A stretch of 39,458 bases of DNA from an uncultured bacterium (lineage in GTDB: Bacteria > Eisenbacteria > RBG-16-71-46): assembly GCA_964398895.1 (NCBI GenBank), contig CAYNPF010000002.1, positions 1-39,458 on the forward strand, written 5' to 3'. The notes beneath the pieces were generated by a model. The model was not told the origin of the DNA, searched no databases, and saw nothing but the letters and a program-made list of their open reading frames with translations. Within the stretch, counting starts at the first letter, position 1; every line of letters starts with the position of its first letter. The translations under genes and the position numbers were made by a program. Of this stretch, positions 6,632-14,875 are shown piece by piece.

Positions 6632-8823
6632 GATGTCGCTCCCTCCGTGACCGGCCAGCACACGCGCACGGCGAAGCCCGGGATCGGGCTCCCGTCCGGT
6701 GCGCGACGCGGACCGGCCTCCATGGTGACGTCCGCGCCGGCGAAGCGGCGCAGGCGCTGCTCGAGATTCGTGAGGCCCACCCCCAGGCCGGCGCTGCCGT
6801 TGGGAACGGCCACGCCGTCGTCGGAGAACGTCAGCTCGACGAACCCGTCCTTCCGCGTGGCGGCGAGCTCGAGGTGCATCCCGGCCGGTTCACCCCCGGG
6901 GCCCGGGTCCGGGGCGCAGCCGTGCTTCAGGCTGTTCTCGACCAGCGGTTGCAGCAGCAGCGGCGGCACCGCCAGCGACAGCATCTCGCGGGGCCCCCGG
7001 TAGGCGAATTCGAGCGTGTTCTCGTAGCGTTCGCGCGCCACCCCGAGGTAGTCCTCGACGAATCCGATCTCCTCGGACAGCAGCGTCACCGGACGGTTCC
7101 CGGCCTCGACGGTGTAGCGCAGCATGTCGGCCAGCCGCTCCGAGTAGCGTTGCGCCGCCGGCGGATCGGTCTCGATGAGGTAGGCCAGCGCGTTGAGCGC
7201 ATTGAAGAGGAAGTGCGGCTGCACCTGGGCCTGCAGCGCCCGCAGCTCGGCGCGGGTCGCCGCCTCGCGCAGCTCGATCGCCTGCCGCTCGGCGGCGGCG
7301 CGGTGCTCCTGCAGCGCCAGGTTCTCGAGGCGGATGCCGGCCTGCAGCAGCAGGTTCTCCACCGCGCCCCGCGCGTGCTCGGGCAGCTCCTCGCCCGGCG
7401 CGAGCCGCGGCGGCGCGCCCTCCGGCCACTCGAGGACCACCTCGCGCTTGAGCCCGCGCGTCAGGCTGTCGCGCACCGTGCGGTGCACCTCGTCGGGATC
7501 GAGCGCCCCCAGCAGACCGCGGCCGGCCTGGTCGAGGGCCAGGCGCAGCACCTGGGGATCGCGTCCGAACAGGCGGTCGAGGGCGCGCTGGGTGGTCGTC
7601 CACAGCGGCGCGAAGGCGAAGGCCACGACCAGGGCGGCGACGACGTTGAAGACCATGGACTCCTCGCCGGTGGCGGCGGCGAAGAGGCGCTGGGCGACCA
7701 CGACGATGCCCAGGTAGACACCGGCCAGCACGACGGAGAGCAGGGCGAACGGCACGCTGCGGGCGATCAGGCGGCGGGGATCGAAGACCGGGTCGTTGGC
7801 GATCAGGTAGGCGATCAGCAGCGGCGCGATCAGCACCGCGATGTCAATCACCGTGGTGGCCAGCCGCAGCGACGGCAGCACGTCCCACAGCATCACGAAG
7901 CGCGAGTTGCTCCAGATCACCGACATCGCCGCGCCCAAAGCCAGGGAGACCGCCACGGTCAGCGCCAGCGCGCGCTCGCCGCGGCGGATCCACAGCTCGC
8001 GTCGCCCCGGCCAGGCGTAGCGCTGCAGCAGCACCAGCGTGCCCACCGCCAGCGCCACTGCCTGGAACCACATCGCCGCCGCCGACATCGGCTCGTCGGG
8101 CCTCGGGCCGAACAGCCACAGCACCGGCGGCGTCGCGTAGGCCAGCACCACCAGCCAGAGCCACAGGCTGCGGCGCACGCCGGCGGCGTGCCAGCGCGGC
8201 CGTGGGAAGACGGTCATGAAGTGCAGGAACGCCGCCGGGTACCACCAGCACAGGGCGCCGTAGACGTCCAGGTAGGCGAGGGTCAGGGGGCCCGGTGCGC
8301 CCGGCGGGATGCGGAAGTAGACCCAGATGGCGCCCAGCCCCTGCAGCAGCGCGAACCACAGGAAGACCCAGGCCGCGGCCAGATCGGGCCGCCGCCACAC
8401 CAGCAGGAAGGCGATGAGCGGCGCCGCCACGATCGCCAGCAGCGAGAAGGCCCGCATGCGCACGCGCTGCCACAGGCCCAGCCGCACCGGCGGCAGCGTG
8501 ATCTCCCGGAGCTGCCCCGCCCGCTCGATGACGAGCCGGATGGGTCCGCGCGGCAGCGCGGTGGAGGGCCGGCGGGCGAACTCCGCCTCCGTCCCCGGAC
8601 GTCCGGCCACCACGCGCAGGCGGTCGCCGACCTCGAGCAATCCGCGCGCCGGCGGGCCGACGATCTCTTCGACGCGCGCCACCTCGCCGGGGCCGGGGAA
8701 CATCAGGCGGACACCGAAGCGTCCGTAGGGCGAGTAGGTGAGGAAGCGCGGCGCCGCGATGGCGACGGTGAGCAGCACCACGACCACGGCGAGCAGGCGG
8801 CGCGTGCGGTAGCTGGCGGTCAT
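6628..8823 (-). CDS. LytS/YehU-type sensor histidine kinase with an N-terminal anchor, a PDZ-like domain and a polytopic membrane region
   Basis: The His_kinase (LytS-type) signature is QVQPHFLFNALNALAYLIE, and the HATPase signature is LLLQPLVENSLKHG. The PDZ-like stretch is VARVEEIVGPPARGLLEVGDRLRVVAGR...IRLVIERAGQLREITLPP. About 8 or more hydrophobic helices lie between them. The start is set at ATG 8823 (MTASYRTRRLLAVVVVLL) with GGGAGGA upstream. The 97 aa of extra track N-terminus are Arg/Pro junk. Confidence 0.8.
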   Translation of the reverse strand: MTASYRTRRLLAVVVVLLTVAIAAPRFLTYSPYGRFGVRLMFPGPGEVARVEEIVGPPARGLLEVGDRLRVVAGRPGTEAEFARRPSTALPRGPIRLVIERAGQLREITLPPVRLGLWQRVRMRAFSLLAIVAAPLIAFLLVWRRPDLAAAWVFLWFALLQGLGAIWVYFRIPPGAPGPLTLAYLDVYGALCWWYPAAFLHFMTVFPRPRWHAAGVRRSLWLWLVVLAYATPPVLWLFGPRPDEPMSAAAMWFQAVALAVGTLVLLQRYAWPGRRELWIRRGERALALTVAVSLALGAAMSVIWSNSRFVMLWDVLPSLRLATTVIDIAVLIAPLLIAYLIANDPVFDPRRLIARSVPFALLSVVLAGVYLGIVVVAQRLFAAATGEESMVFNVVAALVVAFAFAPLWTTTQRALDRLFGRDPQVLRLALDQAGRGLLGALDPDEVHRTVRDSLTRGLKREVVLEWPEGAPPRLAPGEELPEHARGAVENLLLQAGIRLENLALQEHRAAAERQAIELREAATRAELRALQAQVQPHFLFNALNALAYLIETDPPAAQRYSERLADMLRYTVEAGNRPVTLLSEEIGFVEDYLGVARERYENTLEFAYRGPREMLSLAVPPLLLQPLVENSLKHGCAPDPGPGGEPAGMHLELAATRKDGFVELTFSDDGVAVPNGSAGLGVGLTNLEQRLRRFAGADVTMEAGPRRAPDGSPIPGFAVRVCWPVTEGATS

Positions 8824-9010
8824 GGCGCGGTCCTCCCACGCCGGGTACGTGCCGGCGCGAGCACGGTCGAAGGAACGGGGAACCTCACCCGGCAAGGATA
8901 ACCCCTGTGGCCCCCTCGATGCGCGAGCCCCGACGAGCGCGGCAGTTGCAGGGCCGAGAGCCCACCCCGGCCGCTCGGCCGGGAAGCGGCCCGGGCGGGC
9001 CGTCCGGGGC

Positions 9011-9036
9011 GTGCGACCGGGCCGTGCGACCGGGCC
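9011..9036. repeat. Tandem 13-bp direct repeat in the 394-bp divergent intergenic region
   Basis: GTGCGACCGGGCC occurs twice in a row (9011-9023 and 9024-9036), followed by a partial third unit GTGTGGGC. It lies about 28 nt upstream of a TATACT hexamer (9064-9069). Confidence 0.6.
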
Positions 9037-9217
9037 GTGTGGGCTCCGGGGACCGCACCGGCTATACTGCCGCGTCGCATCCAGGCACCCGCGTGGGGAT
9101 CCGGGGCGTCGCACCCGCCGGAATCCGCGCGGGCGCCCCGGGAATCGCGGTTCCCCGGACCGCCCCCGGACAGCCGCGTGCCGCGGTGTCCCTCGCCCGG
9201 CCGCACGGTCTCACCCC

Positions 9218-10633
9218 ATGGAGGTCACGTTGAAGTCCTCTCGCTGGGCGCTCGCCGCCCTCATCTGCCTGGTCGCGGTCCTGCCGGCCCTGGCCCAGAC
9301 CCCGAAGCCCCGGGCCGCCGCCCCGACGCCGACCACCCGCGCCGCCCGGCCCGCGCGCCCCGCCGACGACGGCCGGACGCTCGACGGCATCGCGGCGGTC
9401 GTGAACAACGACATCGTGCTGCAGAGCGACGTCGAGGAGCAGCTCTACCTCTTCGTGACGCGCAACCAGATCCGCCCCGACTCCACCATGCTGGACACGC
9501 TGCGGCAGCAGATCCTCGACGAGATGATCAACGAGAAGGTCATCTACGCCGAGGCCGTGCGCCAGGGTCTCACCCCCAACGAGACCGAGGTGTCCCGCGA
9601 GGTCGAGAAGGCGCTGCGCGACGCGAAGGACCGGCTCGGCGAGGACGGGTTCCGCGAGCAGCTCGCCAAGGAGAACATGACCGAGGAGCAGTTGCGCGCC
9701 CGCTATCGCGACGAGACGCGCCGCTCCCAGCTCGCGCAGCGGCTGGTGCAGAAGGCCCTGCCCGAGAAGCCGGTGTCCCCGGCCGAGGCCGAGGCCTACT
9801 TCCGCGCGCATCCCGAGAAGTTCCCGCTCGCCCCGGCGCAGGTGCGCGTCTCGGTCATCCAGATCCCGGTGACCGCCGACTCCGTCGCCGACGCGGCGGG
9901 GCACGCCCGCATCCTCGAGATCCGGAAGCGGCTGGCGGCCGGCGAGAAGTTCGCCAAGGTGGCGGCGGACCAGTCGGACGACACCAACTCGGCGCGCGCC
10001 GGCGGAGACCTCGGCTTCTTCGTCCGCGGCTCGATGGAGCCCGCGCTCGACCAGGCGGCCTTCTCGCTGCCGCTCGGCAAGGTGAGCGAGCCGCTGCGCA
10101 CGCCCTTCGGCTGGCACCTGCTCGAGACCCTCGAGCGCGACACGCTCAAGACCGTGGCCGGCCGCGACAGCCTCGACGACGACGGCAAGGTGCTGCTCGA
10201 GGCGCACGCGCGCCACATCCTCGTGCGCGTGCCCACCAACGACGCCGACCACGACCGCGCCAGGGCCCTGGCGGCCCGGGTGCGGGCCGAGCTGGTGAAC
10301 GGCATGGACTTCGCGACCCTGGTGCGCCGCTACAGCAAGTATCCCGGCCCGGCCGGACCCGACGGCGACATCGGCTTCATCTCGCTCGGCACGATGGTGC
10401 CCCAGATCCGCGCCGGGCTCGACACCCTCGAGGTCGGCCAGATCAGCGAGCCGCTCGAGAACCAGGCGGGCTTCAACATCTTCCGCATCAACGAGCGCAA
10501 GGGCGAGCGCCCCTTCCAGCTCGAGGAGATCCGCGACCAGCTCCCGGAGTACGTGGCCCAGCTCAAGTTCAAGGAGCGCTACGCGGAGTGGGTCAAGGGG
10601 CTGCGCGCCAAGGCGGTCATCGAGATCCGCTAG
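9218..10633 (+). CDS. surA: Periplasmic chaperone/peptidyl-prolyl isomerase SurA (N-terminal chaperone domain + two parvulin domains)
   Basis: The signal peptide is ...SSRWALAALICLVAVLPALAQ, and the SurA_N-like region is DGIAAVVNNDIVLQSDVEEQLYLF. The two PpiC domains are GGDLGFFVRGSMEPALDQAAFSLPLGKVSEPLRTPFGWHLLE and DGDIGFISLGTMVPQIRAGLDTLEVGQISEPLENQAGFNIFR. An alternative start at TTG 9230 is preceded by GGAGG (9220-9224) with a 5-nt spacer. The track start at 8822 is spurious. Confidence 0.8.
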   Translation: MEVTLKSSRWALAALICLVAVLPALAQTPKPRAAAPTPTTRAARPARPADDGRTLDGIAAVVNNDIVLQSDVEEQLYLFVTRNQIRPDSTMLDTLRQQILDEMINEKVIYAEAVRQGLTPNETEVSREVEKALRDAKDRLGEDGFREQLAKENMTEEQLRARYRDETRRSQLAQRLVQKALPEKPVSPAEAEAYFRAHPEKFPLAPAQVRVSVIQIPVTADSVADAAGHARILEIRKRLAAGEKFAKVAADQSDDTNSARAGGDLGFFVRGSMEPALDQAAFSLPLGKVSEPLRTPFGWHLLETLERDTLKTVAGRDSLDDDGKVLLEAHARHILVRVPTNDADHDRARALAARVRAELVNGMDFATLVRRYSKYPGPAGPDGDIGFISLGTMVPQIRAGLDTLEVGQISEPLENQAGFNIFRINERKGERPFQLEEIRDQLPEYVAQLKFKERYAEWVKGLRAKAVIEIR

Positions 10634-10689
10634 CCGACCCCCGTGGTTCCGGCGGCCGGGGACCGGCGTTGTCCCCGGCCGTCGGCTTT
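10632..10689 (+). terminator. Hairpin terminator or attenuator after surA
   Basis: A perfect 10-bp stem GGCCGGGGAC (10654-10663) / GTCCCCGGCC (10671-10680) has a 7-nt loop. An outer helix AGCCGAC (10632-10638) / GTCGGCT (10681-10687) flanks it and is followed by TT. Confidence 0.45.
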
Positions 10690-10697
10690 GCTACCGT
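10669..10697 (+). promoter_or_regulatory. Putative ftsE promoter, probably giving a leaderless transcript
   Basis: TTGTCC (10669-10674), a 17-nt spacer, then TACCGT (10692-10697), then 7 nt to ATG 10705. There is no SD. Confidence 0.4.
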
Positions 10698-10704
10698 GGG
10701 CGCG

Positions 10705-11409
10705 ATGATCACGTTCGAGCAGGTCACCAAGCGCTACGGAGGGCGCCTGGCGCTCGATTCCGTGTCCTGGCACATGGACGAGGGCGAGTGCGTCGTCTTC
10801 GCGGGCCCCAGCGGCTCGGGCAAGACCACCGTCCTGCGCCTCATCACCCACGAGATCGCGCCCAGCTCCGGCAGCATCACCGTCGGCACGATCCGCGGCG
10901 CGCACCTGTCGCGGACGCGTCGCGCCCTGCTGCGCCGCACCCTCGGCACGGTCTACGAGGACTTCCGGCTGTTGAACGATCGCACCGTCTTCGAGAACGT
11001 GGCGCTGGCGGTGCGCATCGCCGGACGCTTCGCCGACACCGAGGTGCTGCCGCGCACGCTCTACGCGCTCGAGGAGGTCGGGCTGCAGCAGGCGCAGGCC
11101 GCCTATCCCGCCGAGCTGTCGGCGGGCGAGCGGCAGCGCGCCGCCATCGCCCGCGCCATCGTCAACCGCCCGGCGGTGGTGCTCGCCGACGAGCCCACCG
11201 GCGCGCTGGAACCGGAGAGCGCCCGCGAGGTCGTCGCCCTGCTGCGCCGCATCCACGCCGAGGGTGTCGCGCTGCTGGTCGGCACCACGCGCGAGGAGGT
11301 GGCCCGGGCCATCGGCGGGCGCATCCTGCGGCTGGCCGACGGCCGCCTCGTCGGCGGCCCGGAGACCGCCCCGGCCCCGGCCCCGGGCGGCGCGGCATCG
11401 GGAGGTTGA
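10705..11409 (+). CDS. ftsE: Cell-division ABC transporter ATP-binding protein FtsE
   Basis: The N-terminus is MITFEQVTKRYGG. Walker A is GPSGSGKTT, the signature is LSAGERQR and Walker B is VVLADEPTG. The gene sits directly upstream of ftsX. The listed ORF 9037..11409 is an over-extension in the same frame. Confidence 0.9.
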   Translation: MITFEQVTKRYGGRLALDSVSWHMDEGECVVFAGPSGSGKTTVLRLITHEIAPSSGSITVGTIRGAHLSRTRRALLRRTLGTVYEDFRLLNDRTVFENVALAVRIAGRFADTEVLPRTLYALEEVGLQQAQAAYPAELSAGERQRAAIARAIVNRPAVVLADEPTGALEPESAREVVALLRRIHAEGVALLVGTTREEVARAIGGRILRLADGRLVGGPETAPAPAPGGAASGG

Positions 11410-11411
11410 GC

Positions 11412-12269
11412 GTGCACGTCTACCACCTGCGCGAGGCCTGGCGCTCGTTCCGGCACCACCAGGGACTGGCCTGGACGATGATGCTCTCGCTCACCGCCAC
11501 GCTGCTGCTGTGCGGGGTGTTCCTGCTGCTCACCCACAACGCCCGCACCGCGGTGCGGCTGATCGGCGACCGCCGCGAGATCGTGGTCTACCTGCGCGAC
11601 GAGGTCACCGCCGAGCAGCGCGACGCGCTGGTGGCGAAGCTGGGCGAGCTGTACGGACCGACCGAGTACGTGAGCCGCGAGGCGGCGTGGGACGAGTTCT
11701 CGCAGCAGGTCGGCGATCCCCAGCTCCTGCAGGCGGTGGACCAGAACCCGCTGCCCGCCTCGCTGCGCGTGCGGCTGCGGCCGGAGCTGCTCAACTACCC
11801 GGCGATGGAGCAGGCCGCCGGACAGATCGGCGCCTTCCCCGAGGTCGAGGACGTGCGCTTCGGCGGCGAATGGGTGCGCCGGCTCGACCAGCTCCAGGCC
11901 GGGCTCCTGCGCGCGGCGCTGGTGGTGGGCGTGGTGGTGGCGCTGGCGGTGCTGCTCATCCTCTACAACCTCATCCGCCTGGCGGTGGCCACCCGGCGGC
12001 GCGAGGTCGAGATCATGCTGCGGCTCGGCGCCTCCGACCGCTTCATCGCCGCGCCCTTCGTGATCGAGGCCATGGGCGAGACCCTGGTGTCGGCGCTGCT
12101 GGCGCTGGGGCTGCTGCTGGCGATCGAGCGGCTGTTCTGGCACCAGGTCGTGAACGTGACCTTCCTGCCGGCGACCTGGGCGGCGGGCTTCCTCGGCGGC
12201 GCGGTGCTGCTCGCCTGGGCCGCCGCGTCGCTGGCGGTCGCCCGGACCCTGCGCACGGCCGGTCCATGA
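11412..12269 (+). CDS. ftsX: Cell-division permease-like protein FtsX
   Basis: The GTG start is preceded by GGGAGG (11400-11405) with a 6-nt spacer. The N-terminus HLREAWRSFRHHQGLAWTMMLSLTATLLLCGVFLLL fits the FtsX pattern. A periplasmic loop is followed by three C-terminal TM helices. Confidence 0.85.
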   Translation: MHVYHLREAWRSFRHHQGLAWTMMLSLTATLLLCGVFLLLTHNARTAVRLIGDRREIVVYLRDEVTAEQRDALVAKLGELYGPTEYVSREAAWDEFSQQVGDPQLLQAVDQNPLPASLRVRLRPELLNYPAMEQAAGQIGAFPEVEDVRFGGEWVRRLDQLQAGLLRAALVVGVVVALAVLLILYNLIRLAVATRRREVEIMLRLGASDRFIAAPFVIEAMGETLVSALLALGLLLAIERLFWHQVVNVTFLPATWAAGFLGGAVLLAWAAASLAVARTLRTAGP

Positions 12270-13501
12270 CCGGGCGGCTGCGGCTGGCGCTGGTCCTCGC
12301 GCTCCTCGTCGCGGCGTGGACCCCCGCGCCGCGCGCCGAAGTCGCGCCGGCCGATTCGGCGACGCGGCGCCAGCGCGAGGAACAGCTCCGCCTCGAGGCC
12401 GCCAAGCGTCGCGAGCTCGACGAGATCAACCAGCAGGCCCGGGCCAGCCGCGAACAGGCCACGCGCCTGCGCGGCCGCGAGTCCCAGGCGCTCGGCGAGC
12501 TGCGCGGCACCCAGCGGCAGCTCACCCTCACCCGCCGCCGCCTGCGCCAGCTCCAGGTCCGGCGCCAGACGCTCGACACGGAGCTGGGCAGCACCCGCCA
12601 GACCCTCGAGCAGACCCGGGCCAGCCTCGATCGCCAGAAGGCGCGGCTGGCGCGGCGCCTGCGCGCCATGTACAAGTCCGGCGCCGACCGCGAGCTGGAG
12701 TTCCTGCTCTCCACCCGCTCTTTCGCGCAGCTCCTGGCGCGCTGGGACTTCCTCGTCATGCTGGCCGAGCAGGACCGCCTGCTGCTCGAGGACATCCTCG
12801 GCAAGAAGGTGCAGGTGGAGGAGACCGAGCAGCGGCTCGAGACCAACCTCGGGGAGATCCGCCAGAACGAGGCGCAGACGGCGGTCCAGAACCGCAGGCT
12901 CGGGCAGCTCGCCGACCAGCGCGAGCGGCAGGTGACGCAGATCCGCACCCAGCGCAAGACCTACGAGGCCGCCGCCGCCGAGCTGGAGAAGACGGCCCGC
13001 GACATCCAGCGGCTGCTGGCCCGGCTCGAGCGCCAGCGCCAGGCCGAGGTGCAGCGCCGCAAGGCCGGCGGCACCGCCGTGCCGTTCACCGGCGACTTCG
13101 CCAAGGCGCGCCACCAGCTCGCCTGGCCGGTCGAGGGGAACGTGGTCGGCCGCTTCGGGCCCGAGCGTCACCCGCGCTTCGGCACCACCACGCTGAACAA
13201 CGGCATTGACATCGCCGCCCCCACGGGCACGGCGGTGCAGTCGGTGGCGCGCGGCCGCGTGGACTTCACCAGCGAGGACTTCGCCGCCTTCGGCCAGGTG
13301 GTGATCGTCAACCACGGCAGCGGCTACTACACGCTCTACGGCCACCTCTCCGACATCCTGGTGCGCCAGGGCCAGGACGTGTCGGCCGGCCAGACCATCG
13401 GCCGCGTCGGCGACAGCGGCACCTCGCTCAAGGGCACCGTCCTGCACTTCGAGATCCGCAACGGCAGCGCCGCGCTCGACCCCGAGGAGTGGCTCCGCTA
13501 G
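12266..13501 (+). CDS. EnvC-like murein hydrolase activator (signal peptide + long coiled coil + LytM/M23 domain)
   Basis: ATG 12266 overlaps the ftsX stop in an ATGA arrangement. The signal peptide is MTGRLRLALVLALLVAAWTPAPRA. A roughly 250-aa Q/R/E/L-rich coiled coil follows. The C-terminal M23 fold reads NNGIDIAAPTGTAVQSVARGRV...VIVNHGSGYYTLYGHLS...GTVLHFEIR. Confidence 0.8.
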   Translation: MTGRLRLALVLALLVAAWTPAPRAEVAPADSATRRQREEQLRLEAAKRRELDEINQQARASREQATRLRGRESQALGELRGTQRQLTLTRRRLRQLQVRRQTLDTELGSTRQTLEQTRASLDRQKARLARRLRAMYKSGADRELEFLLSTRSFAQLLARWDFLVMLAEQDRLLLEDILGKKVQVEETEQRLETNLGEIRQNEAQTAVQNRRLGQLADQRERQVTQIRTQRKTYEAAAAELEKTARDIQRLLARLERQRQAEVQRRKAGGTAVPFTGDFAKARHQLAWPVEGNVVGRFGPERHPRFGTTTLNNGIDIAAPTGTAVQSVARGRVDFTSEDFAAFGQVVIVNHGSGYYTLYGHLSDILVRQGQDVSAGQTIGRVGDSGTSLKGTVLHFEIRNGSAALDPEEWLR

Positions 13502-13539
13502 GGAACGCCGCGCGCCTCGTCGCCCGTCCGCCGGGCGTG

Positions 13540-13545
13540 TATGCT
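13540..13545 (+). promoter_or_regulatory. -10-like hexamer for a leaderless holB transcript
   Basis: TATGCT (13540-13545) is followed by 7 nt and then ATG 13553. The track start ATG 13541 lies inside the hexamer itself. Confidence 0.4.
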
Positions 13546-13552
13546 GCCGTCC

Positions 13553-14752
13553 ATGGGTGCCGTCCTCCTCTCCGAACTGCTGGGCCCGCCCGGGCCGGCC
13601 GCCTTCCTGCGCGGCGTCGTCGCCAGCGGCCGCTACGCCAACGCCTATCTGTTCACCGGGCCCGCCGGCGTCGGCAAGGGCACCGCGGCGCTGGCCTTCG
13701 CCCGGGCCCTGCTCTGCGAGACCCGCAACCGCAACCACGCCCCGGGCCTGTTCGACGCGCCGGCGGAGGCCCCGCCGGCCGGACCGCCCGACGACGCCTG
13801 CGGCGTCTGCGCCGGCTGCCAGAAGGCGGCGCAGCTCAACCACCCCGACCTCAAGTTCCTCTTCCCGGTCTCGGGCGAGGAGCGCGCGCTCGACGAGACG
13901 GTGGCGGGCACGCTGCAGGCGATGCGCGACGATCCGTGCTTCGTCTTCCAGTACGAGAAGGCCGCCTCGATCCGCCTCTCGCTCACCCGCGACCTGCTGC
14001 GCGAGCTCGCCTTCAAGCCCTACGAGGCCGAGCGCCGCGTGGTGGTGGTGCGCGACGCCGACCGCATGCGCGAGGACCAGTACTCGGCGCTGCTCAAGTC
14101 GCTCGAGGAGCCCGGTGCCTCGACCGTCTGGGTGCTGACCACCGCCCGGCCGGCGCGGCTGCCGGCCACGATCCCCTCGCGCTGCCAGCGCGTGCGCTTC
14201 GCCCCGCTGCCCGAGCCGGAGATCCGCGACTTCCTCGAGCGGCGCGCCGGCGTCGAACCCGCCGCCGCCCGCCTGCTCGCCGCCCTGGCCGCCGGCTCGC
14301 TCACCCGCGCGCTCATCCTGCGCGAGGGCGATCCGCAGCGCGAGCGCGACGAGGCGCTGGCACTGTTCACCACCGCGCGCGCCGGCGACCCGGCGGCGCT
14401 GTGGAAGGCGGTGCAGGGCTTCATGCGCTACGGCCGCACCGGCCGCGAGACGCTGCGCCGCATGGCCGAGTTCCACGAGCTGTGGCTGCGCGACCTGCTG
14501 CGCGCCCGCTACGGCGCGCCGCGCGAGGAGCTGGTGAACGCCGACCGCGAGGCCGACCTGCGCCGCCTGGCCGGGAAGGCCGAGCCGGCCGAGGTGCGCC
14601 GCCGGCTGCTGGTGCTCGAGGAGATGCTGCGCACCATCGAGGGCAACGTCACGCCCGAGCTGGCGATGTTCTCGGCGCTGACCCGCCTGTCCTCGGCCGC
14701 CGCCGCACCGGCCGGCTGGCCGGCGCATCCCACGGCGCGCTGGGACTACTGA
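13553..14752 (+). CDS. holB: DNA polymerase III delta-prime subunit
   Basis: The motifs YLFTGPAGVGKGTAALAFARALLCE, the Zn module CGVCAGCQK, HPDLKFLFP and SRCQRVRFAPL are typical of HolB/clamp-loader subunits. The start may instead be 13541. Confidence 0.85.
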   Translation: MGAVLLSELLGPPGPAAFLRGVVASGRYANAYLFTGPAGVGKGTAALAFARALLCETRNRNHAPGLFDAPAEAPPAGPPDDACGVCAGCQKAAQLNHPDLKFLFPVSGEERALDETVAGTLQAMRDDPCFVFQYEKAASIRLSLTRDLLRELAFKPYEAERRVVVVRDADRMREDQYSALLKSLEEPGASTVWVLTTARPARLPATIPSRCQRVRFAPLPEPEIRDFLERRAGVEPAAARLLAALAAGSLTRALILREGDPQRERDEALALFTTARAGDPAALWKAVQGFMRYGRTGRETLRRMAEFHELWLRDLLRARYGAPREELVNADREADLRRLAGKAEPAEVRRRLLVLEEMLRTIEGNVTPELAMFSALTRLSSAAAAPAGWPAHPTARWDY

Positions 14753-14784
14753 GCCGGATCGCCGCGCCCCCGCCGCGCGCCAGA

Positions 14785-14823
14785 TGCAACCCGGTTGCAC
14801 CGCGGTCGCGCCCGCGGTAGCGT
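14785..14823 (+). promoter_or_regulatory. Putative promoter with an overlapping 7-1-7 palindromic operator (Fur-box-like architecture)
   Basis: TGCAACC-C-GGTTGCA (14785-14799) is a perfect 7-1-7 inverted repeat. TTGCAC (14795-14800) is followed by a 17-nt spacer and TAGCGT (14818-14823). This lies about 50 nt upstream of the Fur-family gene start, which has a GGAAG SD. Confidence 0.45.
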
Positions 14824-14875
14824 CCCGCCTCCGCGGACCACCCGGCCCGCCCGTCCCCGTCCCGGAAGCGACCCC

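Noticed and set aside
8824-9114. Over-extended N-termini in the ORF track. Examples are the kinase from 9114, surA from 8822, ftsE from 9037, ftsX from 10788, the envC-like gene from 11264 and the ECF genes from 15190, 15384, 15545 and 17644.
   Set aside because: The track takes the first ATG/GTG/TTG in an open frame. The extensions lack protein-like composition. Internal starts give proper signal peptides, SD spacing, 4-nt start/stop overlaps or family-typical N-termini.
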